Positions 52,155-64,000 of a stretch of DNA of 64,000 nucleotides are shown here, piece after piece. A model generated the notes under the pieces. The model was not told the origin of the DNA. It did no database searches and saw only the letters and a list, made by a program, of their open reading frames with translations. Positions within the stretch are counted from its first letter, which is position 1, and each line of letters begins with the position of its first letter. The stretch is taken from contig OZ037768.1 of the NCBI GenBank assembly GCA_964035545.1, positions 1,604,384 through 1,668,383 of the forward strand, written 5' to 3'. The stretch comes from Bugula neritina (Eukaryota > Animalia > Bryozoa). Made by a program: the position numbers and the translations under genes.

Positions 52155-54014
52155 ATATTATCTTAAACTGCCACTTCTAAACAACATTATTCTAAGTTTA
52201 CTGCTGTGAAATTTTTACTTTACTATACAAAGCAAAATGCTATTTGCAACTATTTCATATAGCACCTGAAGTTTATAACAGGCGAAATGAGAATATTAAA
52301 AGTATAATGGCTTGGAGAGAGTATAAACTATATAATACAGACATTAGAGATAATTCACTATAAAGTTCATTAGAATGCAGCTCGTAGTACAAGTTGTGAC
52401 TTGTAATTGAGATTCTGACGTCAATAAGGGGCACAACCTGCAGTGCTCATCTGAAATTGCTAATATTATTATTGTGATGCAAGACTTGATGAACTGCTAC
52501 ATGCAACCATACAGATACTATCTTAGCCTTTACAGCTCACATAGTGCACTTAGCTAATCATTAACTCTAGCAACATTCCGTAGGTGTTTCACCTCTATTA
52601 TCTATAAACTATGAATCCAAAATCTGTATGTCATAACCTGAGAGATGGACTATATTTTAATATTCAATATTATATCATTTTAATGACTTTTTTCCTACGT
52701 TATTATTTTAATGCATAGTTATATGAAGATCCACATTAAAATAATGCAAACAAGTGGCACTGCATTGAAAAAAACTTGGTGGGAGAAATGACTCTAGTTG
52801 ATTATTATTAGCTTCATCAGTGTCAACACAATGTATCTGATTGCATATGTACTACTTGCATATTAGCCTACATACTTTATATTGAGATATTTTACATTCC
52901 ATATGCAGAATGAGGCTAATGTAAATCTTTCACTCCCAGGCTACACAATGTACAGCATTGTGTACAGCATGCTGCTATGCTATTGTTAAGCTTTTGTAGT
53001 ATATTGGAGTTAATTTCTAACTTCAACTCTCTCCTCGGCCATGGGTCTAACTCAGGTACAGTGTACTAGAAGCTATGTTTTTGCAAAATTATAAAATTTT
53101 AAGTTTGCAAATGCTGGGTTATTGTTGTTATATTATATTTGACAGCAACTTTTGTACTGATAGTGATACTCGTTATGATAGTGATATTGATGGTGATACT
53201 AATAGTTAAGATTGGGTTTTACTTTTAGTGGTCACTAGGCGAAAGAGACAACGATAAACTGTAGCAAACCCTGCTAAGGCATTTTTATGCTAAAATTATA
53301 AAATCCAAGCTCAATTTAAGCAAAATAGGTTTAACAATAATTGGGTTTAAATAAAGGACTCACATATGGCTGATGTATTTTTCTGAGAGTGTGTAGTGTA
53401 ATAACTGATGTAGCAGGGAACATTCTGTTGTATAGTTGGCCTTATGTACTATGAGGGAGGCGGGGAGCTAGAACTAAGAGGCACCCTGTTTGACTATTAT
53501 TCATAGGCTATACAGCATAGCTAGTTGAGATAGTTTATTAAGGCATGTAACTCGGAATATACGTTGGGTAGTATAGTTGTTATGCACTCTATCATAATTA
53601 GAAAGGCTGCTACAAGTGCACGAAGCAGGTGCCCCACAGTGCGAACATCATAACTGCTGAGTAGATTACAAGGAGACAGCGTTGCCTGGGTTAGCAAAAT
53701 ATCATTGAGCTAGTAGTTATTACTTATTTAATAGATAATAATATAATTGTATTACATAGATCATAGGAAATTGCTGTTCATTGGCTAGCAGAATATTCTC
53801 TCTCCTTAACTATATCATCGACTAAGTTTTGTTTACTAAAGGTCAAATAAAGATGATTTGAAGAGGCTATTTGTACACCAATACAAATAGAGCCTAGTTA
53901 CAAATAAGCTAGCTTATCTCTACCGATTGTGTTCGATACGTAATGCAACTGAATTTTACTCCGTTGTGTGACTAATCTCCACAACTGCTGGAACATACTA
54001 CCTACAACAAGGTG

Positions 54015-54105
54015 AGTGCTATGTCACATGACAACCTAAGTGTGCTGAGTCACATGACAACCTAAGTGTGCTGAGTCACATGACAATGCAAGTGTGCTGT
54101 GTCAT
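54015..54105. repeat. 26-bp tandem repeat (gtcacatgacaacctaagtgtgctga) directly after a strong donor AAG|GTGAGT at 54011
   Basis: About 3.5 copies; the donor probably ends a 5'UTR exon of the downstream gene. Confidence 0.8.
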
Positions 54106-56009
54106 ATAGTCGTGACATGCGTGTCGAGTTTATACACAAAGTGTAGATGGTTTACCTTATTACAACTCACTCTTATAGCTTACATCAAAATAAGAAGATA
54201 GTGGAATACCAGCACTAGTAGTTAATATGCAACTCAAATTTGATTAGACTGCTTTTTAGAATTGTAGGGAGAATAGAAGTAAATAAACAGTGTTTTCAAC
54301 AACATTGGGGACGAGAATCACGTTTGGTTATCATTCTTTACTTTTTTGGTATTCATGCACGTAGTTATTCGAATGTCTCAGTTATGGTAAGAATTTCCAT
54401 CTCGAGAGAAAGTTTCACACTTTCCAAATGTTGAGGAGTTGCAAGCAGTTATTAGTTTATACACTGTTTGGATCTTAAGCTTAGATTAGCTTAGAACACG
54501 CAGGGTTTATTAGCGCTATGTTACAATTACACATTATATACATTAAAATTGCAATCAAATTGCAAAACTCAATTACAACAATCAATATTATGCTGATTAA
54601 CACTGGGGCTGTGGTTCTTCATAGCAACTGTGATTTCAGAGTTGACTCGACAGCATAAGCTGCATGTCACAGCAGCTATTGACAAAACGGGGCTCTAGCG
54701 TGGCTGCACATATATATATGCTTGGCTGTACATATACGTATATGCAGAGTAATTTATAGAGGTTAGTTTCTAAAGGTTATATGTCTTGTGGGTACATCTA
54801 ACCAACTGTCTTTGACACTTGAAGGGCTCACTGGGCACCTCTCAGTTAATTATCATCATTTGAATAGTAAACAACATAGGATTTCAGTTGGTATCTACTA
54901 GCAACACCACCTACTACTAACCTCGCAGAAATAGCACTAATTGAGGTAGAAATTTATGTAATTGTAACAGGCTCGCAGTATAAAAGGTATGCTATTAAAA
55001 TATTTGGTTTCATTGAGAATCTCCTACTAACAGCTGTATTTTATAACATATAGTAAATATTAAGTTAATAAAAACAGCTGATGGAGAGTCAATTAAGAAT
55101 GGGAAGTGTGTTGAGGATGGGAAGGGCTTTAAGTCAGCATATAGTTTGCTGTTTTAATTGGGTAATTGCAGTTGTTGCTTTAATCTAGATATAAAATTAT
55201 TATAATATAATTTTTTGAACTTTCAAACATAAAATTGGTAAAACCATATCTTCTAAGTTAGTTGAAGTGTAATGCTAATTATATAGCATATTAGTGGTAA
55301 TGTAAGGCTGTAGAGATTTTTAGCTATTTGCAAATTTTTAATTAATGAACATTTATAAATTATCATAATAACTTTTAAATGAATCTCAAATAGTTTTTAG
55401 TATTGATTTTATATTTAACACTTGCTTATTCAGATGTTATATGAAGAGAGCATACATTATATAATTTTGAATGATAATTCAACCATTTTAATTCAATTCT
55501 TGTGGATAGTCCAAAAGCAGAACTATGTCAACTCATTCTGTATTAAACTGGACTAAAAACATGAGATTGTAAAGTTTATTGTTTATGGATAATTACAGTC
55601 TAAGGTGCAACATGAAATACCCATAATGCAGTTACAGCTGCTAGATTGAAAAAAATCGTAATTTTAGTAGAATTTCGAAAACTACTTTTTCTAAACACCT
55701 GATTACCTTTGAATAGAGGCCGCACAGGTGTATAGTATATTGTCTAATTCATAAAGTTTCAAATTTTTCAAACCTAAACTGGAAAACAATTTGCAAAGTT
55801 TGGAGTGAAAGTATTTGACAGTCAGTTTTCAAAGCTCTGCTATTGATGAAGAGTGCAGCTACTCTTTGAAATAGCGACTCACAGCTATATAAGTTGTGTG
55901 ACCTTGTGCTGACTTTGTGCTGACCCTGTGCTGACTTTGTGCTGACACTTTGCAGCAGTAAGTCATCTGTTCACCTGGAGTCAGCAGATTCAGCAGATGG
56001 TGTGACAGC

Positions 56010-56150
56010 ATGGGCTGTGCCCCCAGCGCTGTCAACGTCAGCCGAAAGCCAGCATCAAAAGTGGTGGCACCAGAAGAACTGCAGACAAAAGGAGAAGGTG
56101 ACCAGTCAGAAGGTGGCAGGGAGCCTTCGGATCTCCAACTTATCAGCAAG
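56010..56150 (+). CDS. First coding exon of a large gene extending beyond the window; N-terminus MGCAPSAVNVSRKP... (dual-acylation motif; PDE8-like start, identity unproven)
   Basis: Acceptor ttgCAGCAG at 55955/55958, ATG at 56010, 47 open codons, phase-0 donor AAG|GTGGGT. GC-richer than its flanks. Vertebrate PDE8A/B also start MGCAPS, but no catalytic domain is visible here. Confidence 0.65.
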
Positions 56151-59100
56151 GTGGGTTAATCATTGCAACCTTGATTAAACTTGACTCGCTAAAATAAGCC
56201 TTTTAAAACCCCCAAGTAGTTGAATGAGATTATTGCTTACTTTAAAAAGAAAAGTCACACCTTTCACACTAAAAGAGTGATGAAGCAAATATATGACTCT
56301 TGCTGTCCCATGTACGTCTGCCATCTACAGCTTGTTCTCATACGCTCAAATCCTTCTAGAAGTTTCTTCAGACTTCCTATGGTTGTTAAAATCTGCAGGT
56401 CTCAATACACTAATTAACTTGTACAGATTTTTTGTTACGTCAATAATTAAGTTGTTTTCTAAAATTTTCCTAATGCAAAGATTCTCATACATATTTCAAC
56501 TTCATGCAGATGAGCTCTTCCTCTATCAACTGTTTTGTGAGCAGCGTGTGTGCGTATAGATGTAACCGTGGATAGACTATATTCTCTCTGAGAGAACTAA
56601 GTTTTTATTTTGTAAACTCTGTTTATCATTTGGCTGTAGAGTTGAGTCTGTTCAGTTTACACTCCCAGTTAAATCAATCAACATTGAAAATTCACGTTCG
56701 ATTTTAGTTATTGAAATCCGAGTAGAATTGCAAGTAACTAAACTTGTGTATTTCTAGTTTACAGACTGAAATACACTCTCAAACTCCAATTTAATTCATT
56801 CTTGCATCAGGCTAAAAATTTAGACTAAATGCTGGGATTATATAGAAACCTAGACTAAGTCCTATAGGGTTACAAATATCAAACAAGATTTTGATTGTAA
56901 AAGCTCAAATATTAAATAATATCAGTTTGACCAGGTATTGAATGGCAAGACTAATGGGTCATGCTAATTTGTCTTTTGGCATTTGGTTCTTCTTGGGATA
57001 AACATCCGGTATCTTCTGGAAGTTAAAAAGCTGTAACCTGTGCCTTTTCAATATTCATTACACTCAAATTAAAATCATCTAAGATTGAAAACTAAGTCAT
57101 AGGTTAATATTATTTACTTATTATGATAAAATACTGGAAAAACTAGCAGCAGCCTTTACATAAATTGTTACCAGAAGTTCCCCTCCCCAACAATCTTTTA
57201 GCTAATTGGGATGACCTGCTTTGAGACATCAAATGCTGCGGTATTTATCAAAGGATATTTGCAACCATGAAATGACAATAGAATAAAAAATATACGCAAT
57301 TCAGAAAACTTCCAACAAAACTGTAAAGTTGAATTTTGTTAAAACTCATCCATGTTCTGACGAAAAGAATCAGATGACATCTGATACTAGTGAAGGAATG
57401 TAGATTGTAATTAGCAGGGTCATCGTGAACAACACACTAGCTTAAACCCAAGATCACATCTACTTTGTTTGCTAAAATAGTATAAACATATAACTGCATT
57501 TATAGAGTTATAAACATTATTGTAGGATAATTTAGCTTTTGGCACAAACTCCTATCTGCTAAGATAAACCTTTTTATCTTCTATTTATACTTTAGTACTT
57601 AAAATTTAAACAAAATAAAATTAAAATGTGAAAATTATTCTAGTTTACTTCTGTCCAAGGTCAGATAAAGTTAGAGCATAAAGTGTGCATGGTTTATTTT
57701 AACATTTCTAGTAAAATATCTGTTTCATTCATTAAGAATGTCTCAAATTATTTAACAAAACTAACAAAAATAATAATAGCTAGCTAGTAGTATTTACACA
57801 AAATTATTATAATAACATTAATAAATTGCTTCAACAGTCTTACATACTCAATCAAAGAGCCAACAAGAGAGCTGCCTGATTAACCTCTTTGCAAATAGAA
57901 GCAGCCTATGAAGTAGTTTAAAGTTTACCAAGACATAATTTTAAACCTACAATGTTGTTGATCAGTAGAAGCTAATTGACAAGATAACTTGATTAATTTC
58001 TTGTGTCACCAACCTCCATATCAATTGATGGCATTGCGTTATCATAATATAAGTAATTCAATAAAACAATAGCAGTTGATGGCCCAGGCAGCTCAGCTTG
58101 GTTGTGTGATGTCATGTAGATATACCAATGAAGGTATTAAAATCGCACCTGGTCTTTGCCAGCCTGTCTCTGATCTGGTTTTGCTTTGCATTTTGGTGCT
58201 ACATTCTGAATGAGTCATTTGATAAAATAGCCTTTTCCTATTTCGTTTGTGTAGGTTGTATAGCTTGAAGGATAGTTTTTGAATAAACAATTATGTCATC
58301 CAGGCAAGTAAATTGCACATTAAAGATCTTAGCTTTAAACACATTCGTTAAGCCACCGCCTCTCCACTTTATTATTACAATTTTTATGTTTAAGAACCTA
58401 GTCTACAGTTCAATTGAGCCATAAGTTCTTTAAGTAAAGGAACCTTGCTTTCAACCTTAAGGTTATAGTTGGTTAAATTGAATTGCAGCTTTTTTTTAGA
58501 TAATTTGCTTCATTGTTTACTAATTATGAGTCATATTGCAGTTGATGGGTTTTTTATAAAAATATTGTCACACATTTCTGGAGAGATTGCGTTTCAATAA
58601 TGTGTAACAGATACAGCAACAGCTGTCTGCCCTATCCCGAGACAGCTAGGAATATTCTGTGAGGCTGCATGTGTGGTCCAGTAATGAAGACAAATATATA
58701 TAATGCAATAATAATGGGTAGAAAATGATGTGGGATGGTTGCAGTTATTATAACACATATTTTATGGTGGTTTTGTTCCAACCTGGGCTGGAGTTATCCG
58801 TGGTAAAGTCATCTATCTGAAATACACTTTCAAATATTTAATTGAATAAAAATAAAAGATACTTATTAAAATGTAATTTAAAAATGAGTTTATTAATTAA
58901 TTGGCTATAACTGATATTATTTTTAGGAGTTATCTCTTTGCAACAAATCTTGCCTTAATTATGCTATTAAAAAGCTAGAGTATATTATAATATGAGGAAT
59001 TAACTTTCTTCAAGGGATGAGGTAGATTCTAATCTCTTTCTGATGTTGTTACTCTATTTCTGGCTCACGTGACATTCTTTTATGTAGTATTGGATACAAT

Positions 59101-59907
59101 ACACAAATCGAGCTCACTGAAGGTTTGTGTTACTACGACACACATCATTAGATAGCTACAATACCTGTGTACTTTCAAGTCTGTTGTTTTCGCCTGTCTA
59201 CTAAAGAAATATGTGTGTTATTTGTCCGCTTTCTCTGAATGTGATGATGTAATTAGTAAACTCAGTTTCCTGTGGTTCATAATTAAACGAGAATTACTGA
59301 AAACCTTGAAATGAAGTTGTAAAAATTGACCCGAGATAACATCAGTACGCTTGTTGTATTTGGCTGCGCGCCATAGGTGGTTATCTGTTATCTAATAGCG
59401 CAGTGAATGTAGTAGCATATAAAGCACAAGTACGTAGCTAGATGTATGCTTTAAGATCAGACATCTTGACTACCTATTGTGCTATCTTCATAGTAACACT
59501 GCAAGTTATCAATACATCACAACTCTTTTAGCCTATGCCGTAATTGCAGTCTTTTATTCACTATTGATACACGTGCACAATACATGTGGATGCAGGCGCT
59601 GCTAGTAGTAGTGTTCAACTGGATATTTTCGTTAGCCCCTTGTGCTTTTCCTTGGTGCTGGAAAACTTATACGTCTGCATAGTATCCTCATCCCTACGTT
59701 GCTATAAATCAAGCAGTTTTGATTTGGATTACATTGGAATCAACACAACCCAAAGTGTGACAGTTTCTGCAGTTTTAAGGCAGCTCTTTTCTCCTCCTCT
59801 TTACTTGTTCACTGCTGTCAATGGAGTAGCAGTATAAAGACTGCAATGCAAACACCTGGTTTGTACGATCATTAATTGAAGTTGACTCATTACGCGAGTT
59901 CACCTGA

Positions 59908-60003
59908 ATGATTTTCACTCAAGGTATGAATTCTTTGATGATGGGCACCTCATCATCACAGAACAGACGGAACTCTGACTCTCCAGAGCTTATTAACTGT
60001 CAG
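59908..60003 (+). CDS. Candidate alternative first coding exon (…MGTSSSQNRRNSDSPELINCQ)
   Basis: Open frame ending at a strong phase-0 donor CAG|GTGAGA. Confidence 0.4.
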
Positions 60004-60749
60004 GTGAGACTCCAACCAACCATGTCAGGCCTGTCTCTCTGTGGCCCTTTTTGTACCCAAGTTGCTCATAATAGCTCTCTAGATTATGTAATTCAAGCTC
60101 TCTCATTTTGTTCATTAGTCCTAGTTTTTGCTAGTTTGCACTGAAATCTCTTTAATTTTATGCTACATTTATGAGTTAGGTTTGCAGAGCCAATCACTGA
60201 AACTACTAATGGGGTTATTTTTTGAAGCTGTTAACATTACACATCTACTCCTGTTGCATAGGTTTTTAGTTGTGTCTAACCACTTTTTGTGTAAAGCTCC
60301 AAAGCTTTTGGAGGTAAAATGATGGATTTTAGTACTTGGTTTTGGTACTTAAACTTGGTACTTGGTTTGCATACTGAAGTAGATAAAGGAGGTGAGAAAG
60401 GGAGATAAGCTGTCAAAAGTGGCAACCTGCACCTAACTCCTTTGGGAATCCCTTTTCCTTCTTAGGTACAAAATTATTTAAATTCCTGTATGGGATGTAG
60501 GCACTATTTCCTTCCCTATTTTGAAACTAGAACTTGGGCTTTGGAAATGCCTATAATTTTACCCTAACTTGAATTTCGATCTGTTTTATTTGGTGAACTG
60601 TCATCAGCTGGGTAGGTATAGGAGAACTTGGCTAATCTTTTAGATACGTTGTCATCTAATATCAAATAATTTATAGCTTAAACCAATTGGTGTATTCAGC
60701 GCAGTGCTTCATTGGCCTTGACTACCACCAAGTGCCTAGTTGAAACTTC

Positions 60750-61480
60750 GCCAAAAAGTTGCAGTGAAGTGATATCTCAGAACCAGCTTCCTCCCGCCCA
60801 GTTGCTGGCTCCTAAACAAGGGGTGACTTGAGTGGTTATTTTGGCTTCTCCTTGCACAATCACTAGCTGCAACTCTAACGCTCTCCATGGGCTTTCTTAA
60901 CCTCCTTTATCATATGTACAGATTATAGCTTATATTATCAAGCTTTGTCCTTTATCACTTAAGGTTATGATTCATTGATATTATTACTGAAGCTATAAGT
61001 ATTCATTTCTTAGGTTTAATTACTTTACGATCACTAAGTTATCAAAGTGGGGTTAGTAAATCTAGTGTACATAGTAACAACATGCAACTGATTTACAGTA
61101 GCCATCTAACAAGACAACCCTACATCATGCCCTATAACATTATGTTCTGGTCAAGCAATAGGCCCAACGGAACCAAAAGGCTCAGCTTTTGGACTTTTGC
61201 ACAAGCAGCCATATACACCCTCTTGAATGTCTACTAACAACAAAACCAACGTAGTTTTTATTGAGTACTGCATTGAATTCATCAATTCTGAGGCTTTTAT
61301 TACGCAATTGACTGTCTCCTTTGATTGATTCAAAGATTTTACATGGCTCAATGCATGTTGATAAGTAGCTAAATCAACTAAGATAATAACACTCAATCTT
61401 GGGGCAACTTCCCACTGCTGTGAGAAGCAAGTCTATTGTTGTGATATTGACATAATAGTCTTACATTAGCTCTTGTATTT
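60750..61480 (-). pseudogene. Possible highly decayed hAT-type transposase remnant
   Basis: Minus-strand fragments IILVDLATYQHALSHVKSL.. and LDLLTPL**LSDR loosely resemble hAT catalytic-domain helices; many stops, no TIRs found. Confidence 0.3.
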
Positions 61481-63571
61481 ATTTGCTGTACCTACGTAGT
61501 TATTCCCATGGATAGAAAAGTTACCCAATTATTAAATGTTGGTCAGGCTCTAGATTCTAGGAGCTGGAATTTCTTGTATAGTATGACTCACATGTGCAGG
61601 GCAGGGCTGTTGGTGCTGCCAGAAAATAATCTGGCTAAAATTTCTCTTGTGTCACAGAAATTCCCTCAAAGTTTAGTCACTTTTGTCTCACTTATTAAAT
61701 AAAAACCTATACCATAAGAGTTTTTACAGATATTATGAGTATGAATAGACTAGAGTGCAGAAATAGGATTTAAAAACTTATAAGTACCGCATTAAATTTG
61801 GCTAGTGAGAACAGAGTCACCATAAGATTTTTACTGAGCTGCCAACAAATTTTATGCAGGGACAAAATATGATGCTGCCGGCAAGCATCTGCTATATAGC
61901 AATCTTACCCCAGAACCTTTAAACTTTTCAGCACACAAGTTATTTGATACATAATGTGATGATTAAGTTGGTTTGCTCTGAACAAAACTATGTACAGTTT
62001 CTTGAATTAGAGAAGAACAAAAAAGCCTAGGCCTTGCAGAAACCTCACCGATTAGCGTTATTTCAATTATTTAGTATTATTTGCCGAGGGCAGTAGTGTG
62101 AAAAGTTTAAGTGTTTCGATATCTTGTAGTTTCTTAATGGGTTTGTTTTCTTAGTGAGGTAACTTTTCATTTTATCTTTTATCCTTCTGCGTAACTCATT
62201 CCACAGGCATTAGAGTTGTCTACCTCCAGTGTGTAACCGAATCCAGCCAACTAGCTGCACTGAATTTATAATGAAATTAAGTTGTGATATTCTCACCTCA
62301 ACTGCAACCTTCTTCCTCAATAATGAGTCATAACTGTCAGTTCTTCCATTATGAGTCATCAGGTGTCAGATTGAAAATAGTATTGGTGCCAAGTAAATCA
62401 TCACTTTCAATTTGACTCTTGAGTGACAGTCCATTTGAAGTTAACTACATATTATTTAACATTTTGGTTGAAGTGTGACTTAGTTAGGATTTAGTTTGTA
62501 CTGCTCATTGCATTCACTCTACTTCAATGTACACAAACAATTAATGCTTATTGAAATTAGCATTGTGCAACTATTTAAACAAACATTTTTGTGAAAATAT
62601 GGGTTAATTGGTTGTTATTTAAACAAAAACGTAAACACCTCTGTACAAAAGTCTAAAATAATTGCAACTAAATTGTAGGATATGTTTCCAAATCTTGGCT
62701 TGAAGTCTTCTTCTTTTGCAAGGGTTATACTGTTATTTGAAAATGCTCCCATTTTAAAGCTATTATTGTTACTCTGCGGAATATTTTTATTGCATCGTAA
62801 TCTTCCTGTATGCAAAGTGCCAACAAAACAAAAACATGCCAGGGTATACAGGATTATTAAGGATAGCTCCACTGTTACATCAAGTAGCCGCAGTGCAGAT
62901 TGTGTAATACTGACATCCTGTTTTAATGGTGATACGCTATGTTAGTAAAGTAAATCTGAAAGCATAGTATTTGTTTGTCTACCGTAGTTATCTCTCTTCA
63001 ATATATATGAACTGCAGGTAGAATGTTGGAAATGTCTGTTTTAAAGTAAAACTTGAGATTGTTAGGACAAGTGCAAACTTGTGGATATTAATAATATTGT
63101 TATGTTAGCAATTTTACTAAACTTGGTGGAGTATAATGGCTTTTTGATTTATGTATCTTTTCTTGCATGTTTAGAGGTTTTAGCCCAAAGCAAACAGTGG
63201 CAGTCTCTATGATAACACGCCTCTGGAGCCAGGTGTATAATCATTATTTTTGCCAGTTTTTTCTGTAGCTATTTTCACAGGACACTAGAGTTACTACCAC
63301 ATGTCATCTAGGCTGTGATTGGTTAGTTTGGTGAATTCCACCTTAAGGATCATTATTCATATTACCTTGAATTTAGTTCATTATCATTAATGTTGTCAGT
63401 GATTGTCATAGCCGCATGCCTACCAATATTCCTCTGGCATAACTCGATTGAGCTTCATCTGCAATGCATGCTTTGACAAGAGTTGGTTGCTTCTGATAGT
63501 CAGCATCAAGTAGCAGAGCTAGAGAGCTAATGACCTGTAGATTAAGTCACCACAGTACTAGCTGACTTTAG

Positions 63572-63775
63572 GTGATGTCGGTGTTGCATCAGCGGTCAGC
63601 TACTGCTGCTGCTAGTGGACGTAATCATTCAACCACTGCTTTCTCTGCTTATTCTAAATCTAAGACTGCCGCGAAGTATACTACTAACAACAATAATAAC
63701 ACTATAGAGTTTGTGACCGCAAATGGGCCTTCTCACGTAGAGGCAACACGACAGTTGACTAACGGATCTTTGACG
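63572..63775 (+). CDS. Coding exon (internal phase 0-0 or alternative first exon) of the same large gene: (V)MSVLHQRSATAAASGRNH...QLTNGSLT
   Basis: Acceptor ctttag|GTG at 63571, 68 open codons, donor ACG|GTAAGC. Confidence 0.6.
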
Positions 63776-64000
63776 GTAAGCTGTGGCTTTACAAGAATGT
63801 ACCTCTTATAAAAGACCAAAAACCTACCTAATTACCTTTTTTGGCTTCCTTTGGACCTCTGATTGTTTAAAGCAGTTGGTTTTTTAAGAATCTTTGCCTG
63901 GCATCTTCTACGATCAATTCCAAGACCGTAGTTTCTTGTCTAAAAGAGAAGCTTATTTATGCCAGGCCTGCATGCAAAGTAGCGGTAATACTAATGGTTT

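Overview
AT-rich, gene-dense metazoan (invertebrate-type) nuclear DNA with spliceosomal introns; not prokaryotic, and no CRISPR, rRNA or tRNA was found. I assembled these genes exon by exon: an unknown 2-exon ORF rich in RRxS motifs (-), MED18 (-), SKA2-like (+), an ANKRD33-like ankyrin protein (-), ADCK5 (+), EDC3 (-), an ELOVL6-like elongase with an intronless CDS (-), SFSWAP (+), and the 5' exons of a large + strand gene starting MGCAPS that runs off the window. Main observations: (1) most tandem minisatellites lie at splice junctions and many are duplications of the junction itself, giving arrays of decoy donors or acceptors; (2) the last MED18 intron is a textbook U12 (minor-spliceosome) intron; (3) two different CAC-ended MITEs share one terminal grammar but use different palindromic subterminal repeats; (4) the ELOVL/SFSWAP divergent intergenic is packed with DNA transposons, including a 37-bp TIR+TSD element; (5) several gene 5' regions carry nested TAGTA/TAATAC palindromic tracts; (6) SFSWAP introns hold a candidate poison exon and an RNA stem. 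Gene identities come from recognising protein motifs by eye, not from database searches.
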